A stretch of 64,000 bases of DNA. Origin: Acidimicrobiia bacterium (GTDB lineage: Bacteria; Actinomycetota; Acidimicrobiia; IMCC26256; PALSA-610). This document shows positions 26,231-35,913 of this stretch, piece by piece (position 1 is the first letter of the stretch; the number at the start of each line of letters is the position of its first letter). A program made the translations under genes and the position numbers. Below the pieces are notes generated by a model. It was not told where the DNA came from, searched no databases, and saw only the letters and a list, made by a program, of their open reading frames with translations. The stretch lies in assembly GCA_038240075.1 (NCBI GenBank), contig JBBSEC010000001.1, positions 69,151 through 133,150 on the forward strand, in the 5' to 3' direction.

Positions 26231-27013
26231 ATGCCGAAGCCCACGGCCAGCCGGCGCGACTTCTCGGCCGCGCTGGCCGGCACCCGCTTCCGAGAGGTCC
26301 GCTGGTTCGAGTCGCTCGACTCCACGAACCGCTACCTCGCCGACGAGGCTGTTGCCGGTGCCGCGCCCGGTCTCGTTGCCGTCGCCGACGCGCAGACCGC
26401 GGGGCGCGGCCGCCTCGGCCGCACCTGGATCGCGCCGCCGGGCGCGTCGCTGCTCACCTCGGCGTTGCTCGACGGGAGCGTTCCTGTCGAGGAGCGCCAT
26501 CTCGTGGTGGTCGCGGCCGCGCTCGCCGCGATCGACGCGGTCGAGTCGCAGTGCGGCTTCCGGCCCCGCCTGAAGTGGCCGAACGACCTCGTGGTCGGCG
26601 ACCGCAAGCTCGCGGGGTTGTTGGCTGAGGCCCCGACGAAGCGGGCCGTGATCGTCGGGATGGGGTTGAACGTCGACTGGGATGCGTTTCCGCCCGAGCT
26701 CGCGGCGACCGCAACCGCGTGCAACCGCGAGGGCCGGTCGGCGCCCCGCGAAACATTGCTCGCGGCGTGGCTGCGCGGACTCGACGGACGTTTGCAGGCC
26801 CTCGCCGACGACGGCGCGCGGTCGCTGCGTTCCGACAACATCGCGGCCAGTGCGACGCTCGGGCGAGAGGTGCGCGTCGAGCGCGCGAATGACGTCCTCG
26901 TCGGTGAAGCGATCGCGCTGACCGAGCTGGGTCACCTCGTCGTGCGCGCCGCCGACGGAGCCGAGCACACGGTCAGTGCCGGTGACGTCATCCATCTCCG
27001 GCCTACGGCGTGA
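26231..27013 (+). CDS. birA: biotin--[acetyl-CoA-carboxylase] ligase, group I (no N-terminal HTH)
   Basis: ATG 26231 inside ORF 26066..27013. STNRYL, QTAGRGRLGRTW, KWPNDL motifs. 260 aa. Confidence 0.85.
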   Translation: MPKPTASRRDFSAALAGTRFREVRWFESLDSTNRYLADEAVAGAAPGLVAVADAQTAGRGRLGRTWIAPPGASLLTSALLDGSVPVEERHLVVVAAALAAIDAVESQCGFRPRLKWPNDLVVGDRKLAGLLAEAPTKRAVIVGMGLNVDWDAFPPELAATATACNREGRSAPRETLLAAWLRGLDGRLQALADDGARSLRSDNIAASATLGREVRVERANDVLVGEAIALTELGHLVVRAADGAEHTVSAGDVIHLRPTA

Positions 27014-28292
27014 CCGGGAGCGCGGCCGCGGCGGCGCTGTCGCGCGCGTCGTAGCGACGGAACGCAGGAAGCGCGAGACCGAGGATTGCGCTGCCGAGCA
27101 CGCAGAGCACGCCGCCGGAGACGATCGAGGTCTGCACGCTGAACGCGCTGGCGACACCGCCGGCTTCGACGTTGCCCAGCGACGGCCCGACCGAGTAGCT
27201 CACCTGCTCGATGCCGGCGAGCCGGCCGCGCAGGGCGTCGGGGATCGTCTCGTTCCAGATGATCATCCGGAAGATCCCGCTCACCATGTCGGCTCCGCCC
27301 GCCAACGCGAGGAACGCGAACGCGACCCACAAGGAATGGGCCAGGCCGAACGCGATGATCGCGAAGCCCCACGCGGTCGCCGCCCAGAGCACCGCTGCGC
27401 CGTGCCGCTGCACGCGCCGGGTCCAGCCGCTCGTCGCGGTGGCGACCAATGATCCCACCGCGGGCGCGGCGTAGATCCAACCGAGCGCCCGCGCGCCGCC
27501 GAAGCTCACCGCGAGGGCCGGGAATAACGCGGTCGGCATGCCGAAGAACATGGCGTTGATGTCGACGAGATAGGTGCCGATCAGCTCCGGCCGCGAGCGC
27601 GCGTAGCGGAAGCCTTCGATGATGCGCCGGAGGCTCGGCGGTTCCGCGTCGACCGACGGTGGCACTGCGTGCATGAGTGCGAGCATCGCGAGTGAGACGG
27701 TGAAGCTGGCGACGTCGAAGCCGTACGCGCCGCGAAGGCCGATGGTCGCGATGAGCACGCCACCGAGCGCCGGTCCCGCGATCATGCCGACGGCCATGTT
27801 CATGGCACCCACCGCGCTCGCGGCCTTCAAGTCCTCGCGCGGCACGATCCGCGGCACCATCGCTTCGAGCGCGGGCCGCTGCAGTCCCTCGAGCGTCGCC
27901 ATCACGGCCGCGATCACGTAGAGGAACGCAACCTTCGGGTGGGAGAGCGTCGCGTTCCCGAGCAGCGCGGCCGAACAGGCCATCAGGCCGATCTCGGCGA
28001 GCCACGTCTGCCGGCGCCGATCGGTCGCGTCGGCGAGCGCGCCACCGATGAGCGCGGCCGCAACGAGCGGGACGATCTCGGCCAGTCCGAGGAGACCGAC
28101 CGCGAGCGACGAGTGCGTGAGCTCGTAGACCTGGAACGGGATCGCGACGTAGGTGACCATCCCGCCGATGAACGACACCGCGCGGCCGACCGTCAGGAGC
28201 CGGAAGTCGCGGTGACGCAGCGGCGCGAGGTCGACGACCGCGGCGCGCAGGATGCGCCGCCACCGCGAACCGTTCCCCTCTGTTGGTTCCAT
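27003..28292 (-). CDS. MFS transporter
   Basis: 429 aa, about 12 hydrophobic segments. N-terminus RDFRLLTVGRAVSFIGGMVTYVAIPFQVY is typical of the EntS-like MFS group. Confidence 0.8.
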   Translation of the reverse strand: MEPTEGNGSRWRRILRAAVVDLAPLRHRDFRLLTVGRAVSFIGGMVTYVAIPFQVYELTHSSLAVGLLGLAEIVPLVAAALIGGALADATDRRRQTWLAEIGLMACSAALLGNATLSHPKVAFLYVIAAVMATLEGLQRPALEAMVPRIVPREDLKAASAVGAMNMAVGMIAGPALGGVLIATIGLRGAYGFDVASFTVSLAMLALMHAVPPSVDAEPPSLRRIIEGFRYARSRPELIGTYLVDINAMFFGMPTALFPALAVSFGGARALGWIYAAPAVGSLVATATSGWTRRVQRHGAAVLWAATAWGFAIIAFGLAHSLWVAFAFLALAGGADMVSGIFRMIIWNETIPDALRGRLAGIEQVSYSVGPSLGNVEAGGVASAFSVQTSIVSGGVLCVLGSAILGLALPAFRRYDARDSAAAAALPVTP

Positions 28293-28328
28293 GTCGGCTG
28301 CCGTCCACGGGTCTACGGGTCGAGCGGT

Positions 28329-29177
28329 CTAGGGATCAAGATCGCGCGCCACGAGGTCACGGAACGCCTGCGCGAGGCAGGTGGCGATCGGACCGGGTGC
28401 GTCGAGGGCGCGGGCGTCACGCTGTTCGTCGATCAGCGCACTGACAGCCTGCACCTCGCGCGTCGTCGACGAGAGGAACATTTCGGAGACCGAGGCCAGC
28501 TCGCCCATCGGCACGTCGGCCTCCAGGGCTTCGACACCGCACCCCGGCGCCAGCTCCAACAGCAGCCCCCGGGTCACGCCGAGCAGACATCCGGCCGCCG
28601 GCGGCGGCGTGATCGCCACGCCATCGCGGATGACGAAGACGTTCGAGCCGGTCGCCTCGCAGAGGTTGCCCGCGGTGTTCGCGAACAGCGCTTCCTCGGC
28701 TCCGCGTTCTTCGGCGTACGCGAGGGCGCGCACGTTCGCGGCGTACGAGATCGTCTTGAGGCCCGCGACGGCCGAGCGTTCGTTGCGCGTCCACGGCGTC
28801 ATCGCGACGCGCGTCGTCGGCGACGCGGGATGGAACGCGACCGCAACGACGAACGCGGTCGGGACCGCACCCGCGCGACTCGATCCCGGTGGGCCTTCGC
28901 CGCCGGTCACGGTGACCCGAAGGCGCGCGTCAGTCAGGCCGTTCGCCGCAACGACCGCGTCGGCCGCGAAGCGCAGGCGCTCAGGGTCGGGGAGCGCGAG
29001 GCCGAGACCGGCCGCCGAGTGCGCGAGGCGGGCGAAGTGCCGCCGCCACGCAAACGGCACCCCGCGGTACACCCGCAGGGTCTCGAACACGCCGTCGCCG
29101 ACGACGAGGCCGCGATCGAGCGGCGAGATCCTCGCGTCGCGGATGTCGAGGAGCTCGCCGTCGATCCAGACGATCAC
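28329..29177 (-). CDS. pabC: class IV aminotransferase family, aminodeoxychorismate lyase-like
   Basis: GTG 29177 (GTGA overlap with the pabB stop) inside ORF 28329..30080. RGLVVGDGVFETLRVY, GLKTISYAANVRA, EALFANTAGNLCEATGSNVF. Confidence 0.7.
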   Translation of the reverse strand: MIVWIDGELLDIRDARISPLDRGLVVGDGVFETLRVYRGVPFAWRRHFARLAHSAAGLGLALPDPERLRFAADAVVAANGLTDARLRVTVTGGEGPPGSSRAGAVPTAFVVAVAFHPASPTTRVAMTPWTRNERSAVAGLKTISYAANVRALAYAEERGAEEALFANTAGNLCEATGSNVFVIRDGVAITPPPAAGCLLGVTRGLLLELAPGCGVEALEADVPMGELASVSEMFLSSTTREVQAVSALIDEQRDARALDAPGPIATCLAQAFRDLVARDLDP

Positions 29178-30439
29178 GGTGTTTCTGGGCGCGGCGCCGA
29201 GAGCTGCGCAACCAGGCTCGTCGGCGTGACCGAACCGGCCGCCGCGAGCAGGCGCTGCGCCTTCAACTCGGTCTCGGCCCACTCCGACGCCGCGTCGGAG
29301 TCGGCCACGATCCCGCCGCCGACGCCGAGGTCGGTGAACCCGTGCGTGATCGTGAACGTGCGGATCGCAACCGCAAGCTCGGCGGTGCGCGCGTCGGCGT
29401 CGATCCAGCCGATCGCTCCGCAGTAGACGCCCCGCCGCACCGGCTCGATGTCCTCGATCGCCTGCATCACGCGCGGCTTCGGCGCGCCGGTGATCGACGC
29501 GGGCGGGAAGGTTGCGTGCACGAGGTCGGCGAGACCGGTGTTGGGACGCAGACGTCCCTCGATGGTGCTGACGAGGTGGAACAGGCCGGGGTGAGCCTCG
29601 ATCGCGGCGAGCTGCAGCGTGCGTACCGACCCGGGCACGCACACGCGTCCGAGGTCGTTGCGCGCGAGGTCGACGATCATCACGTGCTCGGCGCGGTCCT
29701 TCGCGCTTCCGAGCAGTGCCGCCTGATCGGCGTCGGTTCCCTTGATCGGGCGCGTGGTGACGCGGTCGCCGCGGCGCTCGAGGAACAGCTCGGGAGACGC
29801 GGAGACGATCGCCGGGCAGTACGGCGCCTCGGGCCCGAACGTCAGCAGCGCGGCGTGCGGCGCTGGGTTCTGCCGGTCGAGGGAGAGGTAGAGCGCACGC
29901 GGGTCGGCGGCGCGCGGCGAGGAGAGGCGGCGGGTGAGGTTCACCTGGTAGCACTCGCCGGCGTCGAGGAGGCCGTGGATCGTCTTCACGGCGTCGGTGT
30001 AGACGGAACGGTCGAGGCTCGACGTCCACCGCTCGAGACCGACGGGCTCCTCGTGGTCCTCGGATCGCCGGGCCCGCCACAGCGCCTGATCGAGCTGGTG
30101 ACGGCCCTCACCGCGGCCCTCGACGACGGGATCCTCTCCCGGCGTGAAGGTGACCCGCGCGTCGAACCGCGCGAGCACCAGGTCGGGGATCGCGCGGTCG
30201 GCGGCGGCCCACGGCACGACCCGTTCGACCGCGCGGCCGAGGTCGTACGCGAGGTAGCCGGCCCACCAGCCGCCCTCGGCCTCGATCTCGTCGAGGGCGC
30301 GGAAACCGTCGCTGCCATGGGCGATGCGCACGTGCGCCGGCGCCGTCGCGACGATCGTGCTCGCGCCGTCTCGGACGATGGCGACACCCGCCCCGAGCGG
30401 AAGCTGCTCGAGCAGGGCGGGCACGGAAAGGTCCCGCAT
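29174..30439 (-). CDS. pabB: aminodeoxychorismate synthase component I / chorismate-binding enzyme
   Basis: 421 aa. PASITGAPKPRVMQAIEDIEPVRRGVYCGAIGW and AVAIRT are motifs of the anthranilate/ADC synthase family. It is coupled to the class IV aminotransferase. Confidence 0.8.
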   Translation of the reverse strand: MRDLSVPALLEQLPLGAGVAIVRDGASTIVATAPAHVRIAHGSDGFRALDEIEAEGGWWAGYLAYDLGRAVERVVPWAAADRAIPDLVLARFDARVTFTPGEDPVVEGRGEGRHQLDQALWRARRSEDHEEPVGLERWTSSLDRSVYTDAVKTIHGLLDAGECYQVNLTRRLSSPRAADPRALYLSLDRQNPAPHAALLTFGPEAPYCPAIVSASPELFLERRGDRVTTRPIKGTDADQAALLGSAKDRAEHVMIVDLARNDLGRVCVPGSVRTLQLAAIEAHPGLFHLVSTIEGRLRPNTGLADLVHATFPPASITGAPKPRVMQAIEDIEPVRRGVYCGAIGWIDADARTAELAVAIRTFTITHGFTDLGVGGGIVADSDAASEWAETELKAQRLLAAAGSVTPTSLVAQLSAPRPETP

Positions 30440-30520
30440 GAGGCGAAGGCTACCGGGGAATGGGCAAACCGCCCAGATCGGTGCTCGCCCTTTTCGAGGA
30501 GCGAGTGGTCGTGCTCGCGT

Positions 30521-31655
30521 TCAGGTGCTGCCGATATGTCGGCCGTCGGGGTTGGTGACGGTGAACGTGGTGCCGTCGAAGGTGGCGTGCCATCCGGGTT
30601 TGTGCAGCACGTGGTGGTGGTAGTCGCAGAGGAAGACGAGGTTCACAAGGACGGTCTTGCCGGCGGGGAAGGCGATGACGTGGTGGACTTCGCCGTGGGA
30701 GCGGTCGCAGCCGGGATATCGGCACCGGCCGTGGTCTCGGTGCAGGACCGCTCTGCGTAACTTCCGCGAGGGCCGGTACACGTCGGCTCCGACGTCGAGG
30801 GGCTTGCCGTCCGAACCGGTGACGATGATTTGGAGTTTCGAGGCGCAGAGCAGTTCGCTGATCTGGCTGGAGACGAGCGAGAGATCGCCGCTGGTCTCGA
30901 ACTTGCCGCTGACAAGCGATTCGAGCGGGACGGTGATGGCGATGTGGGGTCGTTCGCCGTCCTCGGTCGGACTTTCACCGGAGTCGAGGAAGTACCGGCA
31001 GATGCGTTGCAGTGCGGCTTCGCACCGTTGCGTGGCCGAGCGGGTGTCGTCTGCGGCGGGCATGTCGGTCGCGGCCTCGATCGCCTCGTTGATGATCGCG
31101 CCGCTCAAGGCGTCGTGATCACCTCGTGATGCCCACCGGTTCCCGACGGGGGAGATCGAGAACCGGTTCTTGTCTTCGGGCGGTTTCGCGTCGAGCTCGT
31201 CGCAGCGGGTCTGGTACTGGCGGATCATCGCGTCGAGCGCCACAAAATCACGCGCCGCCGCGAAGCGGAGCATGCCCTCTTCCATCGTCGCGTAGATGTC
31301 TTCGTGACCGGACCGACGACCTTGCGCGATCGTGCCGGCGGCGTTCGCGGAGATCTCGCCCTGAGTCCACGCCTTCGCCACCAACGGCAGTGTTTCCATC
31401 GCTCTGGCGGTGGCGAGCGACGCGCGCGTCACGCAAACGCTGACCGGTCTTGTATTGCACCCACACCGGTGTCGAGCTCGCACCCTCACCAGACGGGATC
31501 CCGCGGCCGTGCAACGAGACCAACAATCGCGCGGCGACGGCTTCGCGGCGATCGTTCTCGCGACGGACCTCGATGAACGTCTCGCGGATCTCCGAATCGC
31601 ACAACACGCTCGGGTCGAGCCGTTCGAGCTCAGCGATCGTGAGGGTTGCGGACAT
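30521..31655 (-). pseudogene. DUF222 / HNH endonuclease (13E12-repeat-type) gene with a 1-nt frameshift near 31431..31448
   Basis: The N-terminal DUF222-like sequence (MSATLTIAELERLDPSVLCDSEIRETFIEVRRENDRREAVAARLLVSLHGRGIP...WVQYKTGQ) is in the frame of ORF 31248..31688. The remainder (SVCVTRASLATARAMETLPLVAKAWTQGEIS ... HRDHGRCRYPGCD...HHVIAF...NLVFLCDYHHHVLH) is in the frame of ORF 30521..31678. The span is 1135 nt, not a multiple of 3. Confidence 0.7.
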
Positions 31656-31797
31656 GTCCCAATTGTACACGAACGCACGTTCGATCACAAGCAGAAAAAC
31701 TCAACAACGACAGGCGCGATTGCGCACTGTCTCCCCGGAGCAACCGTGACGAGTGCGCGGAACGACGGCACCGCCCATACGTATGCGACCATGAAAC

Positions 31798-32940
31798 ATG
31801 GACTTCGAGCTATCCGAAGAGCAGGAGCAGTTCCAGGCGGTCGTGCGCGACTTCGCCCGCTCCGAGATCGCGCCCTACGCCGCCGACTGGGACCGCGAGG
31901 AGGTCTTCCCCGTCGAGGCCGTCCTGAAGATGGGCGCGCTCGGGCTCTTCGGCCTTCCGTTCCCGTCCGAGTACGGCGGCGGCGACGCCGACTTCCTCAC
32001 CTACTGCCTCGCGATCGAGGAGCTGGCCCGCGTCGACTCGTCGATGGCGATCACCCTCGAAGCGGGCGTGAGTCTCGGCGCGGCACCGTTCTTCTACTCG
32101 GGTACCGAGGCGCAGAAGCAGGAGTACCTCGTGCCGATGATCGCCGGCACCGCGCTCGGCGCGTTCGGGTTGACCGAGGCCGAAGCCGGCTCCGATGCGG
32201 GCGCGACGCGTACGAACGCGACGTTCGAGGGTGACGAGTGGGTGATCAACGGGAGCAAGACGTTCATCACCAACTCGGGAACACCGATCACGAAGTGCGT
32301 GACGATCACCGCGCGCACCGGGCCGAACGAGATCTCCAACATCGTCGTCGACGCGCACGCGCCGGGGTTCGTCGTCGCACCGGCGTACCGGAAGATGGGT
32401 TGGCACGCGAGCGACACGCACGAGCTGAGCTTCGTCGACTGCCGCGTGCCCGCCGATCATCTGCTCGGAGAGCGCGGCCGCGGCTTTCAGACCTTCCTCA
32501 CGATCCTCGACGGTGGTCGAATCGCGATCGCCGCACTCGCGGTCGGGCTCGCCCAGGCGTGCCTCGACGCCTCGCTCGAGTACGCGCGCGAGCGGCAGGC
32601 GTTCGGCGGGCCCATCGGCCGGTTCCAGGCCGTCGCGTTCAAGTGCGCCGACATGGCGGTCGCGGTCGAGAACGCCCGCAATCTCACCTATAAAGCCGCG
32701 TGGCTACGCGATCACGGCAAACCGCACCGGCAGGCCGCGTCGATGGCGAAGCTCTACTCGAGCGAGGTCGCCGTCACCGCGACGCGCGAGGCCGTGCAGA
32801 TCCACGGTGGCTACGGCTTCATGGAGGACTCACCGGTGAGCCGGCTCTACCGCGACGCCAAGATCCTCGAGATCGGTGAGGGAACGAGCGAGATCCAGCG
32901 CCTCGTGCTCGCGCGCGGGCTCGGTCTTCCAGTCGAGTGA
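31798..32940 (+). CDS. acyl-CoA dehydrogenase
   Basis: 380 aa. GAFGLTEAEAGSDAG, WVINGSKTFITNS, QIHGGYGFMEDSPVSRLYRDAKILEIGEGTSEIQR. Confidence 0.9.
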   Translation: MDFELSEEQEQFQAVVRDFARSEIAPYAADWDREEVFPVEAVLKMGALGLFGLPFPSEYGGGDADFLTYCLAIEELARVDSSMAITLEAGVSLGAAPFFYSGTEAQKQEYLVPMIAGTALGAFGLTEAEAGSDAGATRTNATFEGDEWVINGSKTFITNSGTPITKCVTITARTGPNEISNIVVDAHAPGFVVAPAYRKMGWHASDTHELSFVDCRVPADHLLGERGRGFQTFLTILDGGRIAIAALAVGLAQACLDASLEYARERQAFGGPIGRFQAVAFKCADMAVAVENARNLTYKAAWLRDHGKPHRQAASMAKLYSSEVAVTATREAVQIHGGYGFMEDSPVSRLYRDAKILEIGEGTSEIQRLVLARGLGLPVE

Positions 32941-32996
32941 GTGGCTGAGAGCACTGCCCTGGGATTGACAGGTCGAGTCGCTAACATCGGCGCTTC

Positions 32997-34457
32997 GTGA
33001 CGCCCTTCAGCGCGCAGTGGCGCACATTCGTGAGCCGGTTCGTGACGGCACTTCTCATCGTGGCGGTCGTGACCGCCGGCGGCTTCGGGTACGCGTACTG
33101 GTTCGCGAACGACCAGATCGTGAACCACACGAGAAGCGTCGTGATCCCGAAGACCGTGCTGCCGCCGGTCGCGTCGACGCAGCCGGCCAACTACCTGATC
33201 GTCGGCTCCGACAGCCGCGCGTTCGTCAACGACCCGATCGCCGTACAGCACTTCGGGGACCCGAAGTACCAGACCGGGCAGCGCTCCGACACGATCATGA
33301 TCGCCCACGTCGACCCGAAGTCGCCGAGCAAGGGCTTCCTCGTGTCGATCCCGCGCGACCTGTGGGTCCCGATTCCCGGCCACGGCAGCCAGCGGATCAA
33401 CACGGCTTACAACTTCGGTCCGACCACCTTGATCCAGACGATCGAGCAGAACTTCCACGTCACGATCAACCACTACCTCGAGGTGGGGTTCGCGACCTTT
33501 GCGCAGATCGTCAACGCGATCGGCGCGGTGCACATCTTCTTCCCGACCGCGGCGTACGACAAGTACACCGGCCTCGACGTCCCCAACCCCGGTTGCGTCG
33601 CGCTCAACGGCCTCGAGGCGCTCGAGTACGTGCGCTCGCGCCACTACCAGTACCGGACGGCGGGTCAGGGCACCGACCCGAAGACGTGGACGCAGGAAGG
33701 CGACTCCGACTTCGGGCGCATCCGCCGCCAGCAGTACTTCATCCGCAGCCTCGCGCAGGAGGCGATCAGCAAGGGTGCACGCAATCCGTTCACCGCCAAG
33801 TCGTTGCTGACGAAGACCGTGCCCAACCTGGTGAAGGACAAGGGCATGAGCCTCTCCGACTTTCTCGCGCTCGTCCGTGCGTTCCGCAGCGTCGATCCGA
33901 GCAGCGTGCAGATGGTCACGGTGCCGACGACCGGCACCGTGATCGACGGCAACGACGTGCTGCTTCTCGACCAGGCCGGCGCGGAGCCGTACTTCCAGCA
34001 GCTGCGCTCGTTCACGACGACGCCGGCGAAGATTCCGAAGATCGCGCCGAGCGCCATTGCGGTGCAGGTCTTGAACGGGTCTGGAGTCAAGGGCGTCGCG
34101 GGCTCGACGAACACCGCGCTTACCGGCCTCGGGTTCGCGAGCGGCGGTGCGCCCGGTGACGCCGACCGTCACGACTACGCGCAGACTCAGATCCGCTACG
34201 CGCCGGGAGCGCTCGGCAAGGCGCAGGTCGTGGCCTCCTACCTCGGCGGCGTCGGCCAGCTCGTGGCCCTCACGAGCGCGGCCGGCAGCGCCGCGGTCGT
34301 GGTGGTCGTGGGCCAGGACTTCCAGGCGGTCGTGAAGCCGGGTACCAAGCCCGCGGCGGCCTCCACGAGCAGCACCGTGGCCGCCAACCCGGGCTCCACC
34401 CCCGGTGTGACGGTGCCCCAGACCAACAACGGGAAAGCAGAGGTCGGCTGCGGCTGA
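32997..34457 (+). CDS. LCP (LytR-CpsA-Psr) family cell-wall glycopolymer transferase with LytR_C-like C-terminal domain
   Basis: 486 aa. N-terminal TM segment. NYLIVGSDSR, QRSDTIMIAHVD, NTAYNFG. C-terminus VQVLNGSGVKGVAGS. Confidence 0.85.
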   Translation: MTPFSAQWRTFVSRFVTALLIVAVVTAGGFGYAYWFANDQIVNHTRSVVIPKTVLPPVASTQPANYLIVGSDSRAFVNDPIAVQHFGDPKYQTGQRSDTIMIAHVDPKSPSKGFLVSIPRDLWVPIPGHGSQRINTAYNFGPTTLIQTIEQNFHVTINHYLEVGFATFAQIVNAIGAVHIFFPTAAYDKYTGLDVPNPGCVALNGLEALEYVRSRHYQYRTAGQGTDPKTWTQEGDSDFGRIRRQQYFIRSLAQEAISKGARNPFTAKSLLTKTVPNLVKDKGMSLSDFLALVRAFRSVDPSSVQMVTVPTTGTVIDGNDVLLLDQAGAEPYFQQLRSFTTTPAKIPKIAPSAIAVQVLNGSGVKGVAGSTNTALTGLGFASGGAPGDADRHDYAQTQIRYAPGALGKAQVVASYLGGVGQLVALTSAAGSAAVVVVVGQDFQAVVKPGTKPAAASTSSTVAANPGSTPGVTVPQTNNGKAEVGCG

Positions 34458-34481
34458 CCGCCCGGGCTCCGGGTGGCTTCT
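34458..34481 (+). terminator. possible weak intrinsic terminator after the LCP gene
   Basis: CCGCCCGG-GCT-CCGGGTGG forms an 8-bp stem (one G-U) with a 3-nt loop, followed by CTTCT. The U-tract is poor. Confidence 0.3.
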
Positions 34482-34620
34482 AGACTCGATTCCACGATGT
34501 CCAACCAGCCGTTGGTATTGCGTTTCGGCGCTCCGCTGCCGATGAACACGGGTATGGGAGCCGCCGGATGAGAAGTCAGGCGCAGACTGGAGGCGGGGGC
34601 ATGCCGGAGGTCGGAGCCGC

Positions 34621-35913
34621 ATGAAGGTCGCCGTCATCGGCGCGGGGTACGTCGGGCTGACGACCGCCGCGTGTCTCGCCTCGCTCGGCCACGACGTGGT
34701 CTGTGCCGACATCGACGCCGACCGCGTGTCGCGGCTGTCGGGCGGCGACATCCCCATCCGTGAAGAGGGCCTGCCGCAGCTGGTGAACGCCGGCCTCGCC
34801 GCGGGCCGGCTGTCGTTCGTGCTCGGCGCCGCGAACGCCGTGCCGGGCGCCGAGCTTGTCTTCCTCTGCGTCGCGACGCCCCAGGGCGAAAATGGCGAGG
34901 CCGACCTCTCCTACGTCGAGATCGCCGCGCGTGAGATTGCACCGATCCTCGCGTCGGGCGCCGTCGTCGTGAACAAGTCGACGATGCCGGTCGGCTCGAC
35001 GCGCCGCGTGCAGCAGATCCTCGGTGAGTCGGGCGCAGCGCTCGATCGGGTGACGGTCGCGTCGAATCCCGAGTTCCTCCGCGAAGGCGCGGCCGTTCGC
35101 GACTTCCTCAACCCCGACCGCATCGTCATCGGTTGCGACGATCCCGCGGCCGCGGTGCGCATCTCCGATCTGTATCGCGCGATCCGGGCTCCTGTCCTCG
35201 TCACCGACCCGGCGTCGGCCGAGATGATCAAGTACGCGTCGAACGCGTTCCTCGCGACGAAGATCTCGTTCATCAACGCGATCGCGAATCTGTGCGAAGC
35301 CGTCGACGCCGACGTGCGTGAAGTTGCGCTCGGAATGGGCTACGACAAGCGCATCGGGTTCGAGTTCCTGCACCCCGGCCCCGGCTACGGCGGATCGTGC
35401 TTCCCCAAGGACACCGCCGCCCTGCTCTACACCGCCGAGCAGGTTGGTTACGACTTCGGTCTGCTCAACGGCGTGCAGGACGTCAACCGCGCGCAACACG
35501 AGCGCATGGTCGACAAGATCGTGCACGCCGCGGGCGGCGATGTCGACGGCCTGTGCATCGCGGTCTGGGGCCTCACCTTCAAGGCCGACACCGACGACCT
35601 GCGCGACTCGCCGGCGCTCGTGATCGCGGGCCGCCTGCTCGAGCTCGGCGCGAAGGTGCGCGGCTACGACCCCGCCATCGAGGCCGGCAGCAGCCGGATC
35701 TCGGCGCCGATCGAGGTGTGCGCCGATCCGTTCGAGGCGTGCGAGGGTGCCCACGTGCTTGCGGTGCTGACCGAGTGGGACGAGTTCCGCTGGCTCGACT
35801 TCGACCGGGTGCGCTCGACGATGGCGATCAGCGCGATCGTCGACGCGCGCAACCTGCTCGACCCCGCGTCGCTCCGCCGCCGCGGGTTCGTCTACACCGG
35901 GGTTGGGCGCTGA
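34621..35913 (+). CDS. ugd: UDP-glucose 6-dehydrogenase
   Basis: 430 aa. MKVAVIGAGYVGL. Catalytic GYGGSCFPKD. Confidence 0.9.
   Translation: MKVAVIGAGYVGLTTAACLASLGHDVVCADIDADRVSRLSGGDIPIREEGLPQLVNAGLAAGRLSFVLGAANAVPGAELVFLCVATPQGENGEADLSYVEIAAREIAPILASGAVVVNKSTMPVGSTRRVQQILGESGAALDRVTVASNPEFLREGAAVRDFLNPDRIVIGCDDPAAAVRISDLYRAIRAPVLVTDPASAEMIKYASNAFLATKISFINAIANLCEAVDADVREVALGMGYDKRIGFEFLHPGPGYGGSCFPKDTAALLYTAEQVGYDFGLLNGVQDVNRAQHERMVDKIVHAAGGDVDGLCIAVWGLTFKADTDDLRDSPALVIAGRLLELGAKVRGYDPAIEAGSSRISAPIEVCADPFEACEGAHVLAVLTEWDEFRWLDFDRVRSTMAISAIVDARNLLDPASLRRRGFVYTGVGR

Noticed and set aside
24139-26628. 829-aa plus-strand ORF
   Set aside because: It is a shadow of accA on the opposite strand, with Arg/Asp/Gly/Leu-rich composition and no motifs. 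accA shows biotin carboxylase and AMKM motifs.
30440-31797. Prophage or genomic island around the HNH/DUF222 gene
   Set aside because: There is only a single gene. No integrase, tRNA or flanking direct repeats could be found by eye. Small dyads such as CGAACG-CA-CGTTCG at 31670..31683 are insufficient evidence.
34497-34571. 24-codon ORF (MSNQPLVLRFGAPLPMNTGMGAAG) in the LCP/ugd intergenic region
   Set aside because: It has no RBS. Third-position GC is weaker than in neighbouring genes (gta, cgt, gct, ggt, gga codons). I have no conservation evidence.
32847-34757. 636-aa minus-strand ORF
   Set aside because: It is antisense to the LCP gene and the intergenic region, with low-complexity Arg-rich translation.
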